Assembly (NCBI GenBank): GCA_977030845.1
Contig: OZ365110.1
Location: forward strand, 53,816,001 to 53,880,000
DNA: 64,000 nt
Direction: 5' to 3'
DNA from: Fimbriosthenelais zetlandica
Lineage: Eukaryota
Shown: one piece after another, positions 28,085 to 40,245 of the stretch
How positions within the stretch are numbered: position 1 is the stretch's first letter
Layout: the number at the start of each line of letters is the position of its first letter
Program-made: the position numbers and the translations under genes
The notes under the pieces: generated by a model
What the model was told of the DNA's origin: nothing
The model's database searches: none
What the model saw: only the letters and a program-made list of their open reading frames with translations

Positions 28085-28283
28085 AACTGAAAAAAAAATC
28101 GGGGAAAACTCATCGAATTTCAACGCTGGCTCAGAAGGATAATATTTCGGAGATTGACGTACAATCCCATGTCCACCACTGAAGCTCAGAGTGCTTCATA
28201 TGACTAAAATATCTCCTGGAATTGAAGGGCTTACTCAGGGAAAAATCAGGGAATTCTGTTTCCATGAACTGCTGGGAACCCTG
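28085..28283 (+). mobile_element. Second, 5'-truncated copy of the same hAT-like MITE
   Basis: Shares aatttcaac.ctg.ctc.gaaggataat.tttcggagat...cagagtgcttcatatgactaaaatatctcctggaatt...catgaactgctgggaaccctg with 28707-28864. Confidence 0.65.
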
Positions 28284-28613
28284 GAGAGAGTATATATGCT
28301 ATCCACGAGTGTTTTGTTGGGGTTGGAGGCAAGGTGTTGGTGACATCTCCCACTCCTGGTGTACGAGCCCCTCAAATCTGCACGTCTGCTGCAGGCTTAG
28401 GCAGGATTAGGCAGGCTAAGGATGGGATCAGTGACTGGAGGTACATACACACACCCCCAGACCTACTCCTCTATACTGTCACCATGGAGGCACCATGTGA
28501 CAAGCCCCCAACCCTCTCCAGAAACTCCATAGACACCTCCCCACACCTCCCCGAGTCTCAATACACTTTCGCACTATGATATCCTTATCCCCTCCGCCAT
28601 TATTATATTTTTG

Positions 28614-28864
28614 CAAGGTTCCCAATGACTCAGGAAATCAGGGAAAAGATGGAAAATGGGTTTCCATTTTCCCAGACAATCTGAAAAATATAGGGGAAAA
28701 TCGGGAAATTTCAACACTGACTCCGAAGGATAATCTTTCGGAGATGGACGCGTACAATCCCATGCCCGCCATTGAAGTTCAGAGTGCTTCATATGACTAA
28801 AATATCTCCTGGAATTTAAGGGCTTTTAAGGGAATTCTGTTTTCATGAACTGCTGGGAACCCTG
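28614..28864 (+). mobile_element. hAT-like MITE (CA(A/G)GGTTCCCA...TGGGAACCCTG)
   Basis: 11-bp imperfect TIR; no 8-bp TSD found. The 3' ~160 bp is duplicated upstream at 28116-28283. Confidence 0.6.
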
Positions 28865-29039
28865 AATTATTTTAGTCCGGCCCCCACCCCCCTCCATTCC
28901 CCCTGCCTCTTACCCCTCCATCTGGATGGCTCTACTGTTAGGGTTAATGGTAGGCCGTACAGGCGTCGGTGGCTCTGTGGACTAGGTGAGCTTTATCACC
29001 CTCTACACCCAGCCTTCTCCTGGATTAACCACGCCTGCC

Positions 29040-29700
29040 CTTACTGCCTTCTCTAGGCGGGTGGAGGTGAGGGGTGGGGCGAGGGTTAAAGTCGTTGCAA
29101 ACTGACGGGTGGGTGGGGGTGGGGGTGGGGTTGGTGACGTATGGCGACGTATGAGTAGGTGGGGTGGGCTGTGGGTGGGAGCGGGTTTAAGACAGGGAAG
29201 GTAGGAAACTGACGTGAGATTGGTGGGGGTGGGTTTGGGTGGGTTGGTGGGTGGTAGGACAGTGATGTGGAGTTGGGTAGGGGGTTTGAAACTGATGTGT
29301 GAGGTTGTGGGAAGAACTAGGTGGCTGGCGCGAGGATGCCGATACGGGGTTTCCTATAGCATACTGATAGGGAACTCCGAAGGGTGACAAGAAACTCATT
29401 TGAGGTTGTACACATTTTGGAAAAAAATACTTCTCTTTTTATTCCCAGTTAGAATAAATGGAACAAAAACTGATTTGAAGTTGTGTGAGGAGGGGAAGGG
29501 GTAAGAAACTGACATGGGGATCGGGGTAGGCTTGGTGGCGGGTGGGAGGAAACTGAGATTGTAGGGAGTGGATAGGAGTGGTAGGTGCCGGGATGATTGG
29601 AAACTAAGGTGGGGAGTGACGGGGTAGGGGATGGCGGGGATGGAGGTGATAGGAAACTGGGTAGGGGAGATGGGGCGTGGTGGGAGGAGAGGCGTGGATC
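29040..29700 (+). repeat. G-rich tract punctuated by a recurring GAAACTGA motif
   Basis: (G/A/C)AAACT(G/A/C) cores at about 29099, 29205, 29288, 29391, 29467, 29505, 29549, 29600 and 29653, separated by GGG(T/A)GGG runs. Confidence 0.75.
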
Positions 29701-30919
29701 ATGTATGTTCGGATGGTATAGGTAGTAGGTAGAAAGTTGTGGATTGAGGAAGTAAGTTGGGGCACTTGTGAGAAATAGTGAGTTCAGCTGTGGTGTGGGT
29801 GGGTTTCACTCGGATCCTGCAAGGGAAAGAATCTGGCTCAGCCAGTTGCAAAGTAACTACGAGACATTTTATTCAAAACTATATTTTTGAAATTGAATAT
29901 TTCAGTAACATAATCTGCAGTATCATGTTCTCATGAATTTAATATATGAACGTATCAAACATATATTAACATTATCAAACAATTTATCAAATGTAGCATT
30001 TTATACGCTGATGCACATAGATCATAAATATATTATATCTTTTAGAACTATTGCCTGGCTGGATGAATCGGTAATGTTTTGTACATGTACAGTTTTTAAT
30101 ACTTTTTTTTACAATAAATGCATCATGATCCTTTACTAAATTGTCACTTCATCAGGTGCATAAAATGATCCCAGAAATACAATAAAGAACGATTTATTTA
30201 TAATCACAAGTTATTTATAAGCGCAGGAAATAGTTCATTGTAGTTTCTTCTAAATTAAATTTTTAAAAAACCAATGCTTCTTTTGCTAGCTGTTCATTCC
30301 ATCAGCTATAATGATTTCTAATACTGAGGAGAACAGAAGACACACATGAGCACAAGTTGGGAGTGGGAGGTCTGGTTGACCTTTGAGATTAATTGAATGG
30401 GAGAGGAGGAGGACAGTATAAATCCATCCACCCATGCACCGCACCAGGCCAGCCTTTTAGAAACTCCTGAATTTTTAAAACTTCAAACAGTTTAAAAGCT
30501 GGCTTTATTGTTAGGCGGAGAAAGGAGTGTTTGACTGATACGGTAAGCTCTGTGTGGACTTCAATAATAGAGAAATGTTGATTCTTAGTAGTCTCTGTAT
30601 GCACTTCCACTAAATGTCAAATCGACATGTTAGCATTGTCAGGATAATGTCCATCATTTGAGATTTTGAAATCTTAACCCTCACCTTCAGGTTCATTTTA
30701 ATTTAAAAAATCCATTCTCTCTCCTTACCTTTTGAGTCAATTTATTTGATTAGGCGATTGGTCGATTTGAAGTGGTATTTTACAAGTTAAATCGTATATA
30801 TTCTGGTAGCGAAAGAATAATAGTTCATTGGCAATAGTCATCTGCTGCTAATTGATATCCCAATTAAACTTAACTTGCCCAGAGTATGTCCACCACTGCC
30901 TGTCATGAGAGAAAAATCA

Positions 30920-30984
30920 AGACATATCTTACACTATAATCATACATATCTTACACTATAATCAGACATATCTTACACTATAAT
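30920..30984. repeat. 22-bp tandem repeat x3 (agacatatcttacactataatc)
   Basis: Three consecutive near-identical units. Confidence 0.9.
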
Positions 30985-31637
30985 GTACAAGGCCAGTCAT
31001 GCCTCCTACTGCATTTTCTGCCATGCAGGACACCAAAGTGGTCAGTCGCCAATAGCAGAACATGGGGGCCAACAGCTTGTTTCCTTCCCTGGCATGTATG
31101 CTGTGAAGTTGAAATAAAACCTCAATCACTTCATCTACTTAAGTTAAAACATTTCAGTTCATCTCATTCATGATAACTCTTGTATAAGATTCTCCAGTGT
31201 ATTTACATGTTCATCTATAAGGCCTCCTCGACGCCTCTGTTAATTCTATATATTACCCTATTAATACACCCCCCTCTCCAACCCCTCCAGTGGGGACCTA
31301 TAAAAGACTTCCCTAATTGATTATGCTCTTGAGAACACCTCAACTCCCTGGTGGTATCTGTAATTGTCCTGCCTCAATGCTTTTATACAGCACACCCCAG
31401 ATTGGGCTATAAATCAAAGAAGGAGTCACTCAAATAGAAGAGGAATTTATATGGAAATCTCCCTTCACTGTTTTATGATGGTTTTATTTATTTCTGTGCT
31501 TTTTTTCTGCAGCTCCATTGCATTACATTGATGAAATAATATGATTACAGTGAAGGATATTCAGGTTAGGACCTCACACCCTAACTCATTCCTGTATTGG
31601 TTATCAGCTTTTTCAGCATTTCTCAGTTGCCAGCGCT

Positions 31638-31891
31638 TTAAAGTGACTCTATCACCTAACTTGTCCTTGTACATAGATTCAAATTTCTAGTTTATTTCTG
31701 CACCACTTCTGTTATTTTTGGCGGCAACTCACATTGTGACTTAAACTTTGTAAGACCACAATTGTGAATTATAATATTCTCCCAGCCAATGCTCATCCTA
31801 GAATGTAGGTCAGGATTAATGAATCTAGGTCAAACTGACATAGATTGTCAATATATGAGAAGATCTGTGATCGGTGATAGTGCAACTTTAA
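31638..31891 (+). mobile_element. Kolobok-like non-autonomous element (TTAA flanks, AG...CT termini)
   Basis: TTAA-agtgactctatcacc ... ggtgatagtgcaact-TTAA; internal core ccagccaatgc.catcctag...aggtcaaactgacatagattgtc. Confidence 0.7.
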
Positions 31892-32243
31892 CTGTGTTAA
31901 CTAGTCATATAGTTCTTCTGCATAACCTGTAGGTTTCCGATTAACAGGTCGATCATTCCCTTTAACAGGCAATACCTATTAACAGGCTTACTTTGCTTAA
32001 CAGGCTATTTGAATGAGCCATTACATAACTGTTACGGATTCAAATATCCATTTATTGTCCAGGGACCAAAGGGTATTGGTAGGGAATTAATTCCACTCCA
32101 AAATCAATGAGGAAAAATCATAACGGTCCCCACTGGTTCACTAACTTGACATTTCATTAATGTGCTAAGTGGATTGGCCGGCTTGAGGTGTTAAATTCAA
32201 TTAGGTTCTATGTTCACTGGTACCACTCTGCTGCTGATCGACC

Positions 32244-32350
32244 TACAGTAGATTCTCACTAATGCGACCAACCTTGTTACTGAACTCATCTTGCTCATAT
32301 TGCCAGATAGTCGCTGTAGTGAGTACGTTTTAGTGGAGTTAAATCATACT
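32244..32350 (+). mobile_element. Tc1/mariner/pogo-like MITE fragment
   Basis: TAcagtagattctcactaatgcgacc...gatagtcgctgtagtgagt. A related fragment lies at about 49420-49530. Confidence 0.6.
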
Positions 32351-34556
32351 GTTAAATCATGGCAATATGTACATAATTATGTACTAGTATAATTTTCTAG
32401 TCGTTTTAGGCTGTGTTTTAGGTTTATGTTTAGTGGTTTACAATATTCGGTTTAGTATGAGTGTATTTAGAGGTCGGATTGGGAGATGGTTGTAGAGGTG
32501 AGCAAGAAGATCAGGAGAAGTGACACTAAAGTCATGAAATAGGGGAAGAAAGGGAACACAGATTGAAAGGATTGCGCAGGAGGACGGTGGGTGGGGAGAG
32601 CAGGGGGAGGAGGGTGAGGGAAGGAGGATCAGTGGAGAGAGGGAAAAGGGAAGAGGAGGAGGGGTAGAGAAGGGGGAAGAGGAGTCTGTCCATACAGAGT
32701 ATGAGTATGCTTGGAGCTGCAGATTCAGCAAAGTAGAAGCGTATCAGAAGCATGGTGAATAGTTAATGAAGTCTGGTCGATATATGACTCTGGTAATTTT
32801 GATCTAATGCTAGTTGTCCTCACAGTGCCTTGTTTATAGGGGATGAATAGACTATAAATATACATTAGATCGTTAGCGGCCGTGGAGAGACGTGTCCACC
32901 CATTTTTCACAGCCACTCCAGTGGTCGTCAGACAGAAAGTCATTATCAAGTCTACATGATACAAACAGAAATTAAAATGATATGGATTCATTGTTGTAAT
33001 TAGTTTGAATATGTAAAGGGATTATTGTTAGGGAGTATTCCTAATGAAGGAAGTCCTTTTTTCTTATCATTTTTATTATTATATAAATACAGATGTCCAA
33101 AGCACAGAAACTGGTTTAGCATTTCACTGATTTTTACCTCATCAAATCAGTTGGATTTCCCATTCATGTTCAAGAAGGAATTTTCTGAGATTGCGGTCTG
33201 TAGACATGTGACTGTCCAACTGAAAATAGATCGAAGATTTATCAAGAAAACCAATTTCCGAATTCCGAATTCAAGAGTGCGGTTAAATATCAGATAAACT
33301 TGCAAGTTCTTGGAAATTCATGAGATAAATCAGCAAAACTTGGAAATTCATAAGTGCAATATTATAGAATACTGTGAATTTATCAGTGAAGTGTAAGAGA
33401 ATTTTCCAAAATCCTGAGAGGAATATCAGGGAATTTGCTTTGCTAAAATGCAGGGAACGCTGTGTTTGATTGTCAGTCCATGGTCGACCTTTTTGTATCC
33501 AGTGTTGACAATGATATTTACACAGCAGGTGTGAATATTACGAGCCGGCACGCCTTTATCACAGCCTCCTCCTTCTAGATAACCTTTACTGCTCCACACA
33601 GGTAATGGCTAATTAACTGACCTAATTATTACTCAGATGCTCTGCCTCATTGCTCGCTCTCCTGCGCCTAACACCTCTATCCTGTCCTCACCATGTTGTT
33701 CTGCTCAGTCCTCCCTTGGGCATTAAGCCATTACATGCAGTTCAGCCCCAAATTGGTAATATCCTTTTCAATTTGGGGGAAAGTGCCATAATAACCCAAA
33801 GGTGATGGTACTCTAAATTGAGTTCTTTGACGAATTTAGATTCTTTTTGACTGTGACAAGAAAGGTATCATTACTGTATAGAGCAGCAGCTGATCATATC
33901 TGAGTCAAAAATTCTAAATAATTTCCATTTTCCTGCCTTAGGCTATAGCCAGTATGTTTCATCAATTCTCATCTATTAAGTGAGACACTGCAGAGAAAAT
34001 GGCTACTAAGATTAAAGCGGGGTTTTAACTAAATTAGTAATAGTAGTGCAGATTGCCCATGTGTAAGTAGTGCAATGTACCATAGGGATTAGGAGCACCT
34101 ATCCTCCCTTCCCGTTTACATCACCTAACCCCGTCTATTCCCTATGGATTATCTACCGGTAACCCCCTCTCTACCACCCCCTCCTATCCTACCGTACCCC
34201 CATTAATACTGCCCTCTTAATTAAGAGCAAATACCAAGGGATTTGCCCAAATAACAAGATTTTGGCTCGCTGGGAATTACATGAATATTTCCGTCCCCAT
34301 TGCCAAGTGGCTTATCGATCTGTGAAAATGTTGCCTTTCAATATGCTGGATTGGTCACGCTTGACTGGTGCTCAACCTATAGGTAGCCGGTAGGTGACTT
34401 GTGCAATGTCTACCCTTAACATTGATAATTTTACCCTAGTTGATATTTATAGGCTTGCCTCTCCATGTATGACAGCTTTCTGTGGATGCCAAACAACGTT
34501 GCACTACATGCTTTGGCATGGGTGTTCCTCTGTAAAACCATTCAAGCTATTTATAC

Positions 34557-34810
34557 TTAAAGCGACTCTATCACTGATCTTTCCCTTGTATAGAGAAGAT
34601 GATTTTTAGTCACTATTGCACTGCTGGTAATTTTTGGAACCCCTTGCAATTTGACTGTGGCTTTGTAATTCCTATATGGCGAGTTCCTAGATCTTCTCAG
34701 CCAATACCCATCCAAGAAACTGGGTCAGCCATTGCAAATCTAGGTCAAACTGATATAGATTGCCTTTCAATAGGAGGTGTGGTCGTGCAACTTGACATAG
34801 ATTGTCTTGA
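34557..34810 (+). mobile_element. Kolobok-like family copy
   Basis: Starts ttaaagcgactctatcactgatc; core cagccaataccc...aatctaggtcaaactgatatagattg. Partial copies also at about 35780-35850 and 63749-63850. Confidence 0.6.
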
Positions 34811-35145
34811 AATGGGAAGTTTGGGTTGCATTAACAAAAGGCCCAGTTTGTCTTATACTTAATTTGTGATACACTTCCTGGAAATGCTGGTTTGATTAGG
34901 ACTCATTTATACATAATAAACATATTTAACCTATTCCTTACTTCGAAGAATACCTCTCTGAAAAGTGTGTGTGTTTAAGGTCACTGATATAAGCTGCAGG
35001 AAGAGGTGGGATCAAAGAGAACAGACTCAGGCAGAAGGTGCCACTTGGGTGCCTCTTTAGTTCACTCAAGTCCACTGGGATCTTCCTTAAATCTTTGGCC
35101 CCTCCCCAGCAACAATATTGTATATGGATCGCCATTTACTGATTA

Positions 35146-35469
35146 TACAGTGGGGCCTTTATAAAGCGACCACCCTCAGGACTGAAATAATTGTGGTCAC
35201 GTAGCAGGAAAATTGAGGCAGGTCTGATTATTGTGTGTGAATATTTGTTCATATTACGGATTTATCAGTTATTTCAGGACCGTCCGTAGGAAACATTTTG
35301 CTCTTCTTGAACGCCGGCAATGGTTCTTTTACATGTCTCTCATCTCAGAAAATTGGAAAATTAGTTTCCTGAGTATTGGTGTCTTATGTGTGTACACGTA
35401 TTTATGACGACTTAGTGGTCGGTAGATTGTCGCTTAATTGAGGTGGACGTTATGTGAGGAACTACTGTA
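35146..35469. mobile_element. Tc1/mariner/pogo-like MITE (TA-CAGT...ACTG-TA)
   Basis: Begins TAcagtggggcctttataaagcgaccacc and ends gaggtggacgttatgtgaggaactactgTA. Confidence 0.7.
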
Positions 35470-38263
35470 CAATCTGGTGCCAATAATAGCATCTTGTTTG
35501 ATCCTCAGACGTTTTCCTGTGTTGCTTCCCATCACTGACGAACCTAACACAATTCTCCAGTTTTAAAAATTGATGAGGCAGGGTTGTCTCTTGATTAAGT
35601 CATGTGCTTTGCCAGGGTTTTCAATCCCCCAAGCCAGTTTAAATCTTAAAAAGAGCAATAAAATTTATTTATGTATTCATCAATTCAACTTCTTAAAAGT
35701 TTGACTAATTAAATAACTAAAGTTGCTCCATCACCAAACTTGTATTGGTATACAGGGTCCTATAAGCTGATTCCCCAGATTCTCCTACCAATGACCAACC
35801 AAAGATCTAGGTCACCCAGCGTGAATCGAGGTCAAACTGACATAGATCGACTGTCAGTCTGTCAATGGTAATTAACATAGATTATTAGATAATTGTTTCA
35901 TATTATTTTTCAATATTGATTCCGATCAGTGCTATTTTAATATTGCCAGAAATTAAAAAATAGTTCTTCCTCTTTACCACTAAATACAAGAACGTCTCAA
36001 ATAGACAGAGGCAGGGCGAGTGAAGCAAGCAGACACTTGTCATTGGCCAATAGCACTTGACATATTGCCAAGGCAATGGTGAATCAATAGTACAGAGCCA
36101 AGACTTTAGACTTACATACAAAACTGCCGACCCTGAAAGATCAAATACAGTGAATAGGGCATGTGGGTGGCTGACTGGCCCATTGACGCATCTTTTCACT
36201 CCCTCTCAAGGTTTTAGTAACTTTTTATATGCCCTTTACGCCTTGCTATAATGATGCACCTGGGACTGGCCTTTTGCTGGTATACTGTGATAGCAGTCAT
36301 TATTGTACTGAGTTAGCAGCTTCTTTAGTAAATGAGGTTTATCTCCGCCCTCCCAGCAAAACTGAAAAACCAGTGCTAGCTAGTTAACCCATAGTTAACT
36401 AGTAATGCTTGTTATAACATATAATTATCTTATAATAATATTAACCAGTCAAGATACGTTTCACAAAATCACTTCATTGCAGTGAAAAACCATTAAAACA
36501 GATAGGCCTACTTTCATTTTTTTTATCCCATGAAATAAACTATATTTAGAAAGGGAGGCACCGAGATATCGGCATATCATTGCATCGCATAAAACTCAAT
36601 TCATAATTGTGTATATGTCAATTATATTAATTTAACTTCATTAAATTTCAATTATCTTCTCATTTCATCTGGTCGTAAAAGCCTGTTCGCTGCTCTTCCT
36701 GCTCAGTTGCTGACACTTCCCCTTTCTGTACTGAACATCAAAGCCTGGGAGCTGGTCATAGCACTGCCCCACCCTCGCCCTGAGGTTCAACTTGGCACAG
36801 GAAGCACTTCTTCCCATGAATCCATTAAGCTGGTCCCAAACTGGAGGCGTCTGACACAAAATGCACCAAATACAAATCTGAAATCCAAATGCACCTTGAA
36901 ACATGCCTGTTCCTACTATGCATATAATTATTAACGCATGTGTCCAAAAAGGAAGATAATTAAGTTGGATCCAGTTTGGTCCAACATGCATCCATAGTGC
37001 AATGCTTTTGAAAACGCAAATGGCCAAATTCTTGTGTTTTTCATGTGTTATATCTTGATACTTCCAGAGGCCCATTTTGTAGTTGGATAATGAGAAATTC
37101 TAGTGCAAAATGCTTTGAAAACCCAATATGGACACAAATTTAGCCCAGGGTTGCGGTTGTCTTGCCAAAAATGTCAAAAAAGTGGTCTTGGTAATGAACT
37201 AAGTAACATGACAACACGCACGGCTCCGATGTGTGGTCACCTTTTCAGGAGATCTTCCTTGCCGGTGCTTCTTCCTCCCCTGCCCCTTCCTGCCACATGC
37301 AATCGTGTCATCACAAACTCAAGATGGAAGCCAGCCCCCAAGGCTGCCTAATGAACTTTTCTCATAGCTGCACCTCATAATGGAATCATTTTAGACCAGT
37401 ACCTTGACCCAAAACTCTCCAGCTCTCTCTTCTCCCACATTTACCAATTATCCCTCCTCAATTGTATCAGGATTCAACTATATAGGCTGCCTGAGAATGG
37501 AAACAGTGACAGTAACAAAATGGGTTGGCTTCACTAGCTGGGGTTCTTTTGTTTTGCGAGTGTTGCGATGTTGTTGCAGCTAGCCACTGCGGCAATTATC
37601 TGCTACACAAGAGGCAATCAAGGATCGTAGAGTTGCGGCAGAAAATCCAGCGGAGCTACCATTATCATTGTCCTCTCGCACATTTCCCATTTGGGTTACT
37701 CTACCTTGCGATTCTTGAAACTTTCATTGCAACTGCCATTGTAGTAGATATCCTAACTTATGCTTTTTATACCTTTTCTCTTGGCAGCTTATCTGCAATT
37801 TGGCTCTAGATTGGTTCCATCATCCATACACTGTGGTGGAAAGATAGCGTATATATATATATAAATACATGCATTTGTTTGCATAGAGAGCTACAGAGAG
37901 GTGAATCATTTCTGCTGATATAGCTTATAAATTGAAGGGTTATATGGTTTGTATACATCACAATCATAGACTCGGTGCAGGCCTATTTGCCCAGGGCCAA
38001 AAGATTGCACCTTGAATTATACCACGCAGTGCTCTCCCTTTCTGCTGTGCTTTCCTTTGATGTCTTAGACTGTGAAACCTCAATACAGGGTTAGGCTACC
38101 TTGGCCTAGAGGTGTTCTTGGCTCGCCTTCAGCTATCACTCTTCAGGTTGCTCCTCAATTTTACGCATAAATGCCGATGAACTGCACCGTAGATAACCCC
38201 TAGCCCTATTTTAGCACTAGTCAGGCCGGTTTAAGTATCTAGATCTACATTGAAAATTGGTAA

Positions 38264-38490
38264 GGGGAGTTAGCTCAGATGGTAACAGAGTCAGGTTGGT
38301 TGACCGATGATCGAAGGGTCGGAGGTTCAATCCCCCGAGCTGTCGAAGGCATTTCCAATGCCTCCCTTCTCAGGGTGTTGGTGCATTGTACATGTTCTTG
38401 AGCACATCTACCTAGAAATTGCACAGAAGGCAATGCAGTAATGCACCTAGAACGAGCCCCTAGCTGAAAATCATACGAAAAGCTTGAGTA
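38264..38490 (+). mobile_element. tRNA-derived SINE
   Basis: A-box TAGCTCAGATGG (38271-38282) and B-box GGTTCAATCCC (38324-38334), then a body (ctcagggtgtt...tgtacatg...acagaaggca...gagccc...gaaaatca) shared with 9956-10133. Confidence 0.8.
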
Positions 38491-39586
38491 ATCAAGACTG
38501 TGAGCTGGTATTCATCCATAACAGGCTCTATAAAAATTCTAACTAAAAAAATGTTGTGTTGTGTATATCTGCCAAATGCTATGGGCTGTCAATCTCTAAG
38601 AGCAGACATCAGTGAAGGGTGTGCCCAGTATAATATGCCAGCTATTCACTTATGTGAGGTACTGTATAGTGAAGGGTGTACTCATTTATGAGAGCTATAA
38701 TTATTATTATAGGTGAATGAGGATGACTTCATCTTCATATGTGGTCCCTGTACAAGTGTTCAGAACTTATGATCGTGTTTCAAGTAACAGTGGTAAGTTG
38801 AGAAGCTGTCATCACTGATAATAACTCTGCCTTTATGATGATCCACTGAGTGTTCCCGGCCCATCATACCGCCCGTCATCCACTCACCATTTAGCCAATG
38901 ACGCCTTCCTCGATGAGCGATAATAGGCAACAGATTAGTGTTGGCACGGTGAAGATTGCCTATGGCACCTCAAAATGGAGCCGTTTTGGCTATCTCACTG
39001 AGACCTGTTACTTGAAGAATTTTCGGCTTGATTGGCCATTCTGAGGAAAGGAACAAGCATTTCAGGGAGTGCTAAAGGCAAAGGCCGAGTCACCGTTTTT
39101 GAAGGTCCCCAAACCTGGGCCACAGGTAGAGAGATCGGTGTAAATCTGATGATATTTTTGTGACCGAAGTGAAAATTGAATCACTTTGTCAGATTCTAAT
39201 CTTAGCGGAAATTTAAATGATACAGTCTTTCAGAATCTACAGATATAGTCAGACATACTTTGAGCAATTTCTAGCCTCATTGGTTTGGGGTACATGTATG
39301 CAGATGAGAGATGGTATTTGTATATGATTAATAGTAAGGTATGATTAGATTGATTAAGTCATGTGATTGCAGGGATCTATATGAGCAGCTCATGTTGAGA
39401 ATGTGAGCAGGCTGGTTAGTTTAGTTATGCTCCTCTCTCAGCGCTGTTTCTTCTGATAACAGTTGCTATGTTTGGGCGTTTATGTCAGAAGGTCTTATTA
39501 TGCTATACTGCTAATGCTCAAACCACATTATGTGACTATGGACTAATCAGGAATTTAGGACTACGGACCTGCAGAATTCATATAGA

Positions 39587-40245
39587 AGTTCCTCACACCC
39601 CACACACTTTTGACCTAAACTGGCAATTTACGAGACCATTTTTTCTTAACTAGGGATGGCGAAAGTGTTCCTTTTCCATAGGACCTACTACATTTACTAT
39701 GATTTGTAAGCATTCGTATGAAATATTGTGACTTTCTTATGCTGGTGTTTCATTACTGTACGAGTTATTTGGTTATTCAAAACCAAAAATAACAAGGTTT
39801 TTCAGGTGTCATTTGAAGTTATGTCGCCAACAAATCCATCAGATGCTGAATTGAACCATGTATCGTATTCTGAAACCTAGTCGTAGCAGTCGCAAGAAGT
39901 CTTAAAACACTTTGACCCTGCAATAGGCTGGCCAGCCCTTCTTGCTTGAGTGTTATTGCTTTCCCACTGTATTGAGACTGTCGGTATGGATTCATGATTG
40001 TCATTCCTAATGGGTCCATCACGATGATTGCAGAGATGTAGAAATGTTCCTAGTGCTCAGATTTTATTACCTGTTCAGCTCTCAATGACTCATGGTCCAA
40101 TGGTGGATTCGTTCGGGGGCTGGGGTGGCTGGAGTTCCTCACACCCCACACACTTTTGACCTAAACTGGCAATTTACGAGACCATTTTTTCTTAACTAGG
40201 GATGGCGAAAGTTTTCCTTTTCCATAGGACCTACTACATTTACTA
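39587..40245. repeat. 113-bp direct duplication (39587-39699 and 40133-40245)
   Basis: Copies agttcctcacacccc...ctacatttacta differ at one base (gtgttcc vs gttttcc); offset 546 bp. Confidence 0.93.

Noticed and set aside
38264-38340. Functional tRNA gene
   Set aside because: The A-to-B box interval does not fold into a clean cloverleaf by eye, and it continues into a body shared with another dispersed copy, so it is a SINE.
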